Assembly: GCA_023515725.1 (NCBI GenBank)
Contig: JALDTO010000181.1
Span: 124,001 to 188,000 of the forward strand
DNA: 64,000 bases
Source: Amoeboaphelidium protococcarum X5
Taxonomy: Eukaryota; Fungi; Aphelidiomycota
Direction: 5' to 3'
In this document: one piece after another, positions 15,916 through 29,407 of the stretch
Position numbering within the stretch: position 1 is the first letter of the stretch
How the letters are laid out: the number at the start of each line of letters is the position of its first letter
Notes under the pieces: model-generated
The model's input: only the letters and a program-made list of their open reading frames with translations
What the model was told of the DNA's origin: nothing
The model's database searches: none
Made by a program: the position numbers and the translations under genes

Positions 15916-18027
15916 TCATTTTCGGCTTGACATTCTTGTGCCAGCAGTACTTTCAGCAGCAGATTACTACTTCTTAACCTTGTTTAAGCGTTCATGTAGA
16001 GTACGTTTACTACTATTCTAAGCGGTAGAACTTGCACCAGCACCAGCGGGAGCATTAAATAATCCAGGCGAATCTTTCCTATTTGGCGACCATGGAGCCA
16101 TCTTTTCATCACGACTGTAAGTAGACGGGCTCTTCAGTATACTTCCATCAGGGCCATGAGCGACACCATCACCATTACCATCAGCACGCGGACGCTTCCT
16201 CTCAGGACTGACGCAGACATTTTCAAAAGTCTATCGAAGCACTTTGGCGGCATCCAGAGGTGATGAAGACTATTAATGTGATCTACCTCGTCTCTGCTGA
16301 CCATCACCAGCTTTGAATCCATGGTCAACTTCCATCATATCGAGAACGCGTTTAGGTGATGACGGTGCAATAGGTAAGCGATTTAAAGCAGGAGATACCG
16401 GTACTGACGTTGGAATGGCCACTTTAGATAACCTGTAGTCTTGCACGTTGGAATCTTACATCTACTACTACTATGCATCCAAAGATCCATTAATTTAAGC
16501 CAATGCAGGGATTTGCTTGTTCTAATTTGAAGGAGGTTTAGAGGACTAATCTTTAGGCTCTAGAAGAAACATTGTAAACTAACCTCCACATCTGGCAGTG
16601 ATAACACGCCTTCCTTTAAGTTAAACTTTAAACGGCACAGTCTCATCTTCCATTTCTTCATTGCCCAGTTGATATGAGTGACCACTACCAAACGTGTACA
16701 GACTACCACCACCAGTGTACGCAATAGTAAATCTAGATTGAGCATCTACTCCAACTACTTTGTCTTCATTCAGTGGTGGAAGTCCGTGTTGGTCATCAAA
16801 TACAACTTGTGGTACTTCTCTCGGATATGGCTAATACTTTTACTTGTATGATGCAGTGTTATCAGCGGTCTGATTTCCTTATTATTACAAAGTTAAATTA
16901 CTATCAGCAGCACCATTCATAGCAAGTGAAGTTTCCAACTCAGTATCTCGTTCATCTCCAAACACAGGTCGATCCGCTTCATAGCCCAACTGTCCCTCCA
17001 GATTGGCACCCCAAGTAAAGAGTCGACCATCTGCAGATACAGCCACAGAATGTGACTCTCCAGCAGCAATATCAATAATAGGTGGTAGATCTATTCTGGT
17101 CTTTCCATCAGCAGCTATAGCATACTGGACGCGCTCAGGACCATTCAAATGAGAAAGTAAATCACCAAGACCCAGCTGACCACAATTATTGCAACCAAAG
17201 GCATACAACTCGCCATTACTACTGACGTACATGGTATGATAAGCACCACCTGTAATCTTCACAATCTAATGCAGAATACTCTAACGCTTGCCAAATCCTT
17301 TAATCTCATAAGGATCCAGATTATTCTTGAATCTTGAACTAACACGTCTCCCCAGCTGGTATTCATCATTAGCACCAAAAGCCCACAGCGTATCATCAGA
17401 GGTGATTGCAAATATATGATTTTCACCACTTCCCAGTGCGACCACTGTCTCTTTACCAAACGCACGCAATTTAATGGGCAAATTCTAACTCTTCCTCTCC
17501 ATAAGCTTATTAAATCCCAGAATTCCAGATGGATCTCTAAAACTTCCCCAGGCGTAAACTTCACCGGCATCACTTAGCACAGCACAAAAGGAATCAGCAC
17601 ATACCATCTGGACCACTTTCACGTCCAGTCCATCATCATCTTTAATCACAACTTTAAGTGGAGCCCAGGCTTCAGTGCCCTTTAACGGTTTCTCACCTTC
17701 ATCATCATCACTTGAGTCCTCATCATCACTCTCCTCAATAACTTCTTCATGTGTAATTCTACCAAGAGCACCTTGGTCATTTATACCCCAACTGTAGACA
17801 TTGCCATCTATGTCCAGAGCCAATGTGTGTTAACCACCACATTCCACGTCCACAATATACTTGTCGTTCAACAGCTTGACATTACCGGGCTTCCTGCGTT
17901 CATTCAACACAGCAGACAGGCCAAGCTCACCACCCACTCCAGAACCGAAGGTGAATACATGGCCAGGCTTCTATGATCGTTTAATAATCTATCTCTAATG
18001 CTTATCAGGTGAATGTTATAGCCTCAT
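15916..18027 (-). CDS. RCC1: RCC1/Prp20/Pim1-like Ran GEF with a long C-terminal tail, 703 aa
   Basis: RCC1 repeats: VFTFGSGVGGELGL, CGGQHTLAL..GNVYSWGINDQGALGR, VYAWGSFRD..GILGF, LYAFGCNNCGQLGLG, LFTWGANLEGQLG. Single frame with TAR=Gln. Confidence 0.82.
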
Positions 18028-18232
18028 AACTCGAATATAAATTTAATGACACTAGACTTAGGATACTATCACGAAATATAAATAAAGAAGAAAAAGAGAA
18101 ACTGACCAAGAAGAGAAAAGCGTTCAGATTTAAAACGCGATGAGCCGACGAGATGTCATCTTGCACTATCCGGTTTATCATTGGCGGGTATCATCACATT
18201 GATCTAAACTCATCTATATATAATACAAACAT

Positions 18233-20836
18233 TCATCGCGTATTCATCCAAGGCCGTTATCTTTTAAGAACGGTGCATATGATGAGAGCTAGAGCGTAAG
18301 TATCGCCTGCTTTGAGAATCAGCGCGTTACGTTCCACTACATTCTATCTGTAGTTGTGAAGCACTTCAGGTGACGCGTAGTTGATAGACAAGCCTTTCAG
18401 TTCACTAAACTTGAAGCCACTTATTTTAGGAGAATCGCTGTCTGCAATTTAAGCGATACCAAAATCTGACAATATAGGCACAAGTTGACCATCTCGATCC
18501 ACATCCAGAAGCACATTCTGCGGTTTCAGATCACAATGTATCACTTGCTGATCATGTAAAAATTCTATCGTCTAAGAGAGGGCAAGTGTTATTCTAATAA
18601 GACATCGCTTCGTCAGCTTGTACATCTACGACGTGGGAGACTCTTTGTAAATGTATTGAGCCAAGGTGCCCAGAGGATAGTACTGAAGGAGCATTGCCGG
18701 TCTTTAAGTGTCATCATATCCAAACACGTGGCAGATGAAAGGCGCATCCCGAAATCGCCATAAAAGACTTAGCTCTTGATAAAACGATTGCACCTCCAAT
18801 GAACTCAATTAAGTCAGTGTCATATTCCAGAGTTTAAGTATCACATCATGATCCTGCGATCGCTCAACAATATTAGAGTTCAATATTCGTGTGCGATACA
18901 ACTTTGATGTTCCACCTTTGGCCACCATTTACAATAGCTACACGTCTGTTGCAAGTTCAAACGTTAGAAATCCAGGTATGTACATAGCGTGCTGAGTCTC
19001 AACTTCCATAGTGTACCCATTTGTTTACGAAAAGGTTGTTGAGTAGACGGATTTCTTGGCGGCGATATCAGATGTGATAGTGTTCATTTCGATCAAGTTC
19101 TACTACGACGGAGGCATCAACTTAACCAGATTTCTTTTTTAACGCTTTCGTTTATAGATAACGTAAAACAATACAATACCTGCCAGAATTATCACAAGAC
19201 CCAGTATACTTAATAAAATTATAACAAGCCACGATTGTTATAGTCCGTCTGTTTATAGCGATATCCCCGGTGGCACTTAACTTGATATAGAGGACACTTT
19301 GAAGGTGGACTTTGTTAAAGTCTAATAAGAAATTGATGAAGATTAATGCCACAAAGGCGACTAGGTGATGAGCAAAGTCAAGGACTCCACAGTTGATGAA
19401 GGCTAAGCAACGGGTACTTCTGTTATCTGAGGAGAATTTTTAGACAGTGCATCTTCAACTAATGAAGATGATACTTATGCGGAATAGTTCATCGTGGTAC
19501 TGCCATTAATTATGGAATTTAAAGTGGACGCGGTGAATGAATTAAACATGCTCGGACTACTAGTGCTTTCCAAATGCGTCATTGTAGATGTACTATATAA
19601 CGTGCTTGAATGCGTGCTACCAGAATCTACAACGACATACCCGGCTCCTAGATGAAAAGCAGCAACATTTACAAAGCCAAACTAATCTACGACTATACCG
19701 AGCCCCATGTCATCGAATAGACCGCTGGATGGAGCCGTAAAGAAGCTGGCGATGTAAGTCCATCTCATAGTCTAGGGATTGACGCGCACAATGATTCCAT
19801 CTTTGCCCGAGCCAAAAGGTAAAGTGCCCACTTAACCAGCCGCCCAGCCTGTAGCCACTAAAAGGCTAGTGTATCGATCCAAAGTTATGGATTCAAGAGC
19901 ATCATCTTGCGTAGACCCATATATAAAGTTTTTATCCTACATCCAGGTACCTTCAAGATCAAATTAGGTTATCCACATATCAGACTTTGGCGCAGATGGC
20001 GATTGTGGAGTTTCTTGAATAAAGCCAGCAGAGTAAATTGAAGATCCATCCTGGGAAAAAGCCATCGAATTGATACCAGCTCTATATATAAAGGAGCTTT
20101 TAAACTGCAGCTCTTTAACTAAAGTGCCATTTACCATGACAATCTTGACAAAATAAGCGCTCAAGTCATTGCTGATCCCCCCTGCATAAATATACCCATT
20201 TGAATGTGAATCCAAGAGCAGAGATCTCAATTCACAGCCATTCTGTTAAGGCCGCTACACTGTCCACTCATGTAAGCCATTTGTAGAATATTTTGAGATG
20301 AAACATTGACTAAATGCCAATATGGACGAATTATCTTGTTAAGAGAGAGAATTTAGTGGCCCATAAGTTGATCCAACAATATACAAAAATTCATTATCAG
20401 CATCAACCTGGATATCCATCGCAAAATCGTCAGCTTTCGACCCGAAGCTGCGTGACCATTGTATAGCTCCTGTTCCATTTAACTTAAAAAGAGCAATATC
20501 AATGCCACCGATGACAGGCTGATTGGTGATGAATTGATTAACACAACGCCCCACCGTGTACACATCGCCAGACGCTTGATGAACACTCAAAGCTTCCAGC
20601 TGATTGCCCCTCTCGATACCAAAAGAGAGGTCAAATGAAATTTCTTAATATTCAGGGCGGCCTTTCGCTATATGAAAACGTCCATTTTTAGAGCCACACA
20701 CCCACTTCGCACCTTCGGAATCCAACGCTATGTCTGTGACATTAGTAGAAACAGCCAATTATTATAAACTTTATGGCGAAACTAGACTGATTTAAATAAT
20801 CAATAAAGCCAAGAACATATACACTATCGCATTCAT
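18233..20836 (-). CDS. Receptor-like kinase copy 1 (most divergent): signal peptide, SBBP beta-propeller, S/T-rich stalk, TM, non-RD kinase truncated after subdomain IX; 867 aa
   Basis: ATG 20836 to TGA 18233. Propeller repeats GGIDIALFKLNGTGAIQWSRSFGSKADDFAMDIQVD; TM WLVIILLSILGLVIILAGIVLFYVIY followed by KRKR; kinase AKGGTS, VILK, FYQE, HCDLKPQN, SDFG, YASPE; ends GDTYAL...RPWMNTR*. Confidence 0.88.
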
Positions 20837-21046
20837 TATAAGAATTCTGTGTAGAGTACAAAAATTAAGATAACCATTCAATACTAAACTGAAATATAAT
20901 ATTTAAAGATGACTAAGACGGGCGGCAAGTCTTATAAATAGATAAATGGGGCTCATTTAATCAAAAGAATTTCATCATAGAATCGCAAATTTCTTCTACC
21001 GCATGTTCAAATAGTAATTAATTTCTTCTATTAAACATCTTTACAC

Positions 21047-23983
21047 TCACTATTAATTATAACGCTTTCCATTTACAGTCCAAGGCTTTGAACGAGTCAA
21101 AATGTTGTACATTATTACCGCATAGGCATACACGTCGCCCGCTTTCAGGACTTGTGGTTACTTTTCAACGACCTGCCGCCTGAAATTCTGCAAAACTTCT
21201 GGTGCAGCATAGGTCACCGTCAAACCTTTCTACTGACTTACTTGGAAAGCTGCAACCTACAAAGCACTGTTATCAGCGATACAAGAGATTCCAAAGTCGG
21301 ATAGAATAGGGACCAGCCAATTTGCAACAGGATCAGAATCGAGCAGTACATTTTACGGCTTCAAGTCACAGTGCACAATTTCCTGACTATGCATATAAGC
21401 CAAAGTCTGAGCCAGAATCTTTAACAAAACATGAACTTAAACCTTACTATATGGAAACTCAGTAACCGCTTGGCCTTCTCGAAGAACGTACGATGACAAC
21501 GTGCCAAATGGATAGTACTTCAGTAACATCGCAGCTTCAAAAGTGTCACAGTAAGCGTATAGCTTTGTGATGTATGGAATATCTCTAAACTTCCATAATA
21601 AACTCAGCTCCTAATAGAATGCCTGCTGATCATTCACAGACATTTACCCAATTGCATGATTACACACCTTGGCCACCGCCTGCTCATTTCCGACCATATC
21701 ATTGATTTTGCGTGCCAGAATGCGGACAGCATAAATTTTAGACGTACCACCAGCAGCGACTTAATGCAATAGCTAAAAGTCAGTTCCAAAATCACTCTTG
21801 AGAAAGGCAGGAATGTAGATTGCGTAATTAGTTGATAAAGCAGTTGTCTGCGTTTGCATAGTTGTTCCACTAGGAAGGTAACCAGTTTACTGTGAAGATG
21901 AGTACGATGTCGCCATGTACACAGGCTTTGACAGAGTAGTGGCCTTAAGCAATGTACGTCTTTTATACTATCTATAAACCATGATAGCGCCTATAAATAC
22001 TGCAGCGATGATAAGAAACGCAACTATTCCCAAGATACTAGCGAGGGAGAAGAGATTAGAAGGTTACGACTAAGGAGCCTATGATCCATCATTAGGGTCA
22101 GAATCAGACGACGCAGTGGAAGTAAATTAATTACTTACATAACTAAAAGGGAACGCAAAGGTGAGCACAACAGATGTTTTATGCGACGACGTAGAGCCAA
22201 CCACGGTGGAACTATTTAAACTAACCAAAGATGACCATACGTAAGAAGACAATTCCAATGTTGTGCTCGTAAACACATCGGAAGTGGTAGATGTTGTAGT
22301 GGTAGTCGTAGAAGTAGTAGTTGTGGTAGTTGTCGTTGAGGTAGTAGTAGTCGTCGTGGTCGTCGTGGTCGTCGGAGTTGTTGTGGTAGTAGTAGTAGTT
22401 GTTGTTGTCGTAGGAGTAGTAGTCGTAGTGGTTGTCGTGGTAGTAGTGGTTGTGGTAGTTGTCGTAGTTGTCGTTGTCGTTGTCGTAGTTGTTGTCGTCG
22501 TTGCCGTTGTCGTGGTTGGAGTTGTTGTTGTTGTAGTGGTGGTGGTAGTCGTAGGAGTGGTAGTAGTTGTGGTAGTTGTCGTCGTGGTTGTTGGAGTCGT
22601 TGTGGTAGTAGTTGTTGTGGTAGTAGTTGTTGTGGTAGTAGTTGTTGTGGTAGTCGTAGTAGTCGTGGTAGTTGTCGTAGTTGGAGTTGTTGTAGTAGTG
22701 GTGGTGGTGGTAGTCGTTGTTGTTGTAGTGGTAGTTGTCGTAAAAGGCTTCGTAGCTGTCGTCACCAACTTTGAAAGCGCATGACCTAAGTCCTAGTCAA
22801 TTGCCAGTCTGCCATTTGCTTCCAATTAGCAGGCTACGTTCACATACCCATATCCATCAACTACTATTCCAAACCCGATATCATTCCAATTAGTTCCAAC
22901 GGAGTAAAACCTATATAAAGTAATCCCACTAAGAGTAGAGGGAGAAAGTCTTACATACATACCATCCTTTCCACCCTCGTTTAGCATTCCTAAGAACTCA
23001 CCTGTTGCCCAACCAGTGACCCAAACATTTCCGGTCGCAAAGTCGACAGTGATGGCCTCAAAGGCCTCTTCTGTCGAGGATCCCATTATCAAACTCTTCG
23101 GCTACCTAGTACCAGCCAAATTGAACTCAGTAACCCAGCCATCCCCCATTCCAGCCCAGGCTTTACCATCAATCGATCCCTGGATGTACCCGGCGGCAAA
23201 AATACTAGAACCAGAAAGACTAAATGCCAGAGAATTGAAGCCAGACTTTGCGAAGCCAGAGTTTAAGGTGGATGAAATTTCGCTTCCATCATGAGGACTG
23301 AATATAGTCAAAAACGCGTTTAAATTGAATACACCACCAGCATAAATATAGTTAGCATTGTTAGGCGCAACTAGAATTGATCTTATATCACATCCTGAAG
23401 TTGAAGTCTTTTGCACAGTCCAAATGTGTTGACCAGCTGCGCTATACTTTGATAGAAAGCACTACGAAATTGAGGACGACTGACTTGAGCCCGTGTTCAC
23501 ATAGCCATAAGTATTACCAGCGACGTACACAAACTAGTTGTACGAATCGACATACACCGTCTTTGGAAAGTCATTGTACTGTGAACCAAATATACGCGTC
23601 CATATAACTGTGCCGACTGAGTTTACTTTGACCAGCGCTATATCAACTCCACCAATCAGTGATTGGCCATTAAACGCGTTGCTACAGCGACCCACAGCAT
23701 AAACCTCCAGCGTAGCAGTGTCAACACTCACAGCTTCAAATTGATTGCCAGAGCCAGTGCCATAGGTGACAGTGCGGATAATCTTTCTAGTTGAAGGTTG
23801 GAAATTTATCAGTGCGTAAAGGCCATTCTTAGAGCACGAAATCCACAGCGAGTCATCGGAGATTAATTTGACGTCTGTTGAGTTATCGCAAACAATTGGT
23901 GTGTAATATTGGGCTTGAGCGAGTTGAAGCAGCAGTGCGATAATAAGCGCCACCACAGAGTGAAAGTATCTATTCAAGATCAT
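21047..23983 (-). CDS. Receptor-like kinase copy 2: signal peptide, SBBP propeller, long poly-Thr stalk, TM, truncated non-RD kinase; 978 aa
   Basis: ATG 23983 (MILNRYFHSVVALIIALLLQLAQAQ) to TGA 21047 in one frame with TAR=Gln. Kinase AVAK, FYQELS, HCDLKPQN, SDFGIS, YAAPE; ends GDVYAY...KPWTVNGKRYNQQ*. Confidence 0.9.
22285..22745 (-). repeat. Poly-Thr (mixed ACN codons) mucin-like stalk of RLK copy 2
   Basis: About 150 codons, almost all Thr with periodic Pro/Ser; mixed gta/gtt/gtc/gtg on the + strand. Confidence 0.9.
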
Positions 23984-25347
23984 AAAAAATGGATAATCGG
24001 ATTATCAACACTTTAAATACTAATGTTCTTGATGTAAAGATGACTCTACGGGTAGAAACTAACTGACAAATTAACGACTACGTCTGTTTCAGCATCGACC
24101 TATTTATAGATCAAACTATTAGCATAGATTTTGCAATCAAACGATATATTGGGGCAGAAGCGAATAAGGTTCGTTATGACGATTCGAGCAAAATCCTTAT
24201 TGGCTTCAAAATGACGTTGAACTAAAAACCGTTTTCTCGCCGATTCAAGCACTCTTTAGATCTTCTGACCGGACAAGAGTTGCAGTAACTATAGATATAC
24301 TTGTTGTAACTCATATTCACTTCAGTCTCTTACCTTACACTTAGCAGATGCAGGCTGAAACAAGAAAATAGAGGGGCAGATGAAAAATATACCAGAAGTG
24401 CAGAGGTCAAACATGACAATTCTTTGTGGTTTAACGAGTACAACTACCGTTCAGGGCTTATTTATAGAGGGCGCCACTCTGAATCTTAATCTGGTATTCG
24501 TACATTACTTACATGTTTAAGAAATAGCTTAAGCATTGAAAGCTTAACGCACAAGCAGAGCAATATGAAATGCAACAATGAGCGTACAGATTACACTTCG
24601 TTTGTTCTCACAATCCTACATCACATCCTTTGTAAGTAAGCTTTATATTTTCCAGATCAATTTCCCTAAACTTTTAAACTGTGACTCACGTTCAACACCT
24701 ACTGAAAGCTTTTCAATTGCAATACAAGTGCGCCTAATTCAAAGACAATTCGTCACAAGACACGTTGTACTCAACTTTTCGATCAAAGTAATAAACCACT
24801 GTTAAGTATAAGGTAAAATAATGAAGTAAGTATGAGATTTGACAAGAATATTTTCTGTTGTTCAACTCTTGTGTGGTAAAGAGAGCGAGTGAGTGACTGA
24901 AAACGCGTCAACACGGTTTCAACTCAACAACCACGAGGCTTTATATATGGTGAATGATTTAATGCCGATATTGCATGCAGCGAAGGAATGCCAGTAGTAA
25001 ATAGCTCCTGATGGCTTGTTAGAATTGGAATAACGGAGTCTCATTGATTGGAATGTGCTACCGTCGCTGCATTTCTTTCTGGACAGTTGAGAAGACTAAG
25101 TAGTGCATGCGTTTAAATCCCAGAAGTTTGCCCAATATTTGCCACATAGCAAATGTCTCACTAAAAAAACAGAAATTTTAATTGTACTTTACTGCATTGA
25201 GGAATTTATGTGACTTTAAGCCGTCAATGGCGATATATAGCCAATCATTGGGTCGTTGAAAGCCTTGATAACTACATCTGATAAGTTACATCATATACTA
25301 TTAGCAACCTCTTTATACTCATGTCGTTTTAACATCAATATAAACTC

Positions 25348-28050
25348 TCATAGTTTATTTTTATGCTTTCCAATTACATTCCAAGGCTTTAAACGCGTCA
25401 AAATGTTGCACATCATCACAGCATAAGCATATACGTCACCAGCTTTTAGCACTTGTGGTTATCTCTCCAAGAACTAATGTCTGAAATTCAGCAAAACTTC
25501 CGGTGAAGCGTAGGCCACCGTCAGACCTCTTTACTAACTGACTTGGAAGGCTGCAACCTACAGAGCACTGCTATCAGTGATACAAGATATTCCAAAGTCA
25601 GATAGAATAGGGACCAGCCAATGCGCAACAGGATCCGAGTCCAAAAGCACGTTTTAAGGCTTCAGATCGCAGTGCACGATTTCCTGACTGTGCATATAAG
25701 CCAGAGTTTGAGCCAGAATCTTTAACAAAACATGAACCTAAACCTTACTGTAAGGAAAAACATTAATCGCTTAGCCATCCCCAAGAACATAAGATGACAT
25801 TGTGCCAAATCGATAGTACTTCAATAACATGGCAGCTTCAAACGTGTCACAGTAAGCATATAGCTTTGTGATGTATGGAATATCTCTAAACTTCCATAAT
25901 AAACTGAGCTCCTAATAGAATGCCTGTTAATCGTTCACAGACATTTTCTCAATTGCATGTTTAAATACCTTGGCCACCGCCTACTCATCTCCGACCATAT
26001 CATTAATCTTATGAGCCAGAATGCGGACAGCATAAATTTTAGACGTGCCACCAGCAGCGACTTAATGCAACAACAAAAAGTCAGTTCCAAAATCACTTTT
26101 AAGAAAGGCAGGAATGTAGATTGCGTAATTAGTTGATAAAGCAGTGGTCTGCGTTTGCATACTTGTTGCGCTAGGAAGTTAATCAGTTTGCATAGTAGTA
26201 GAACAAGTAACGTAACCAGTTTACTGAGAAGATGAGTAAGATGTCGCCATTTACACAGGCTTTGACAAAGTGGTTACCTTCTGCAATGTACGTATTTGAT
26301 GCTATCTATAAACCATGATAGCGCCTATAAATACTGCAGCGATGATAACAAACGCAACAACGCCCAAGATACTTGCTAGCGAAAAGAGATTAGAAGGTTA
26401 CGACTAAGGAGCCTATGATCCATCATTAGGGTCAGAATCAGACGACGCAGTGGATGTAAATTAATTACTTACATAACTAAAAGGGAACGCAAAAGTCAGC
26501 AAAGTGGATGTTGTATGCGACGAAGTAGAGCCTGCAATGGTGGAACTATTTAAATTAATTAAAGACGACCATACATAAGAAGATGATTCCAATGTTGTGC
26601 TCGTAAACACATAAGTAGTAGTAGAAATGGAAGTCGGAGTAGAGCAAGTGGTGGTAGTAGTCGTTGTTGTCGTCGCCGTAGTAGAAGTGGTGGTAGTCGT
26701 TGTTGTAGTAGTTGTTGATGTAGATGTAGATATAGATGTAGATGTCGCAGTAGTCGTGGTGGTAGTAGTTGTCGTAGTAGTCGTAGTAGTAGTTGTTGTC
26801 GTCACAAGCTTCGTCCTTGTCGTGGCCAACCTCTAAAACGCGCGAGACTAACCTTATTAGACCGCCAATCTACCATCATTCACCAATTAGCAGGCCATAT
26901 TCACATATCCATAGAAATCGACCACTATACCAAGACCCATATCATCTACATTACTACTTACAGTGTAAAATGTATAGGTATTCTACTGGCTCAGAGAAGA
27001 AGCACTAACACGCACGTAGATACCATCTTTTCCTCCATTATTATTCAAAGTGCCTATATCTCCTTTTGCCCAGCCAGTGACCCAGATGTTTCCGGTAGCA
27101 AAGTCGACATTGATCGCTTCAAAAGCATCTTCAGACGATGACCCATATATCAAACTCTTAGCCAATTTTGTACCAGCCAAATTGAACTCAGTTACCCAGC
27201 CATCACCTAATCCTGATGCAGATTCTCCATCGATCGAACCCTGGATGTACCCGGCAGCAAATATAGTAGAACCAGAAAGACTAAACGCCAGAGCATTGAT
27301 ACCAGACCTGGTGACGCCGGTTACAACGGTGGATGAGATCTCACTTCCATCATCAGGACTGAAAACTGTAAAGAGTGCATTAACATTGTTAAATACACCA
27401 CCAGCATAAATATAGTTAGCATTGTTAGGCGCAACTAGAATTGATCTTATATCACATCCTGAAGTTGAAGTCTTTTGCACAGTCCAAATGTGTTGACCAG
27501 CAGCGCTATACTTTGATAGAAAGCACTATGAAATGGACAGCGACTGACTTGAGCCCGTGTTCACATAGCCATAAGTATTCCCAGCGACGTACACAAACTA
27601 GTTGTACGAATCAACATATACAGTCTTTGGAAAGTCATTATACATTGAACCAAATATACGCGTCCATATAACTGTGCCGACTGAGTTTACTTTGACCAGC
27701 GCTATATCAACTCCACCAATCAGTGATTGGCCATTAAACGCGTTGCTACAGCGACCCACAGCATACACCTCTAGCGTGGCAGTATCAACACTCACAGCTT
27801 CAAATTGATTACCAGAGCCAGCGCCATAGGTGACAGTGCGAGTAATAGTTTACGTTGCAGGAGCGTATTGAACCAGAGCATAAAGGCCATTCTTAGAGCA
27901 AGCAGTCCATAGTGAGCCATCTGAGCTCAATTTCACGTCAGTTGCGTTATCGCAAACAATCGTTGTGTCATATTGAGCGTGAGCACGTTGAGACAGAAAG
28001 GCAATGATTAATGCCAGCAGATTGTAACAATGATAGTATGTGAAAATCAT
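25348..28050 (-). CDS. Receptor-like kinase copy 3: signal peptide, SBBP propeller, short poly-Thr stalk, TM, truncated non-RD kinase; 900 aa
   Basis: ATG 28050 to TGA 25348 in one frame. Same motifs as copies 2 and 4; ends ...KPWNVIGKHKNKL*. Confidence 0.9.
26615..26805 (-). repeat. Poly-Thr/Ser stalk of RLK copy 3
   Basis: About 63 Thr/Ser-rich codons. Confidence 0.88.
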
Positions 28051-29407
28051 AAAAGGTATCTAAACGAAATATCATACTTTAATGTTTTATTATTAACAAT
28101 AAATTGACGAAAGCTGAGTTTAAATTAAGTGCTCCACTGACATGTTTTATTGTTACAACAAATGCCTATGCCTATTTTTAGCTCGTAATAAAGGCAGCAA
28201 TTCCTTCAAAATCAAAAGACCAGTGTTGCATAACATTAACCGTATGGGTTATCATTGAACTATTTCGATTCACCCTAAGAAGTCCACAAAAACATCTGAT
28301 TTATAATTGTGTGTTGATCCAAATATTCGGGATGAAACAAGAAAAGGGATATTACTTCTAAATTGGGCAAGAACTATAGGAACTGAAACACAACATGTGT
28401 CTCTTCTAGGCCGACCTACTGCAAGTACGGTCAGGGCGTTGCTTTAGCGTGAATCGTTCGTAATCTGAATTTGACTTACAATATTTTCTGAAATAGTTTA
28501 AGCTTTGATTTAAGGCTTGACCATGTTAAACAATATCATGCACATGGAGGTGCAATATTAATTCTCTGATAGACTTAATCACAGACCTTGCTAGTACCAA
28601 TGCATTTGTCTTTCAGTGCCTTGCAATGTTATCTTTGCTATCGGATGTTCCAACGTGATATACACTTAATTCCTGCAGGATTCCTTTCGCATACTGTCAA
28701 ATTGAAATTCTCTTTACAAGTCGTAATCACCATTAGAGGCTAAACTCAACAAGTTAACGTAATAGACGCGTCAAATTCGAACACGTCATCACGCTTATCT
28801 AGTTTCATGTTTCAAACACTTGCATTAAATGTTGAATCTTTGTAACTACAACTTTGCATCAAACATAAGTCCCAGCTTCGAACACATCATTAATTATACT
28901 CGTGCGACAGAATCCGAAGACTATTTAACATTCACATTTTCAATCAATGTTTAAGTAACAGCGAGGGATCACAAAGCAGCCATAATAGCGGACTCAACCG
29001 TCGCAATGCGATGAGTTATAAAATAGCACCTGATGTTGGATTAGTGCTGGACGATCAAAGCCTTATTTCTGATTCTTTTTGTTGAACGATGTCACCAAAA
29101 ATCAATTCATCCCGTGCAATCGAATTAATTGAACGTCGCACAAGTCTAATTTGCCACATTTTCATAATACAATAATTAGATACATACAGCTGAGAATGGA
29201 AAAATATATACTGTGCTGTATATAATGTAGATTGCATGTGACGTGAAACCACCAACGCGCATCGTCGAAACGAGCCTTACGACAATGGCAGAGTAGCCAA
29301 CCATTGATTGGGTCGTTTAAAAGTCTTCAAAATAAATACAACTGATAACTTAAACTTTAAACAATAAACTTCTTTATTTCATCCTATTTTAACATCATTA
29401 TCAATTT

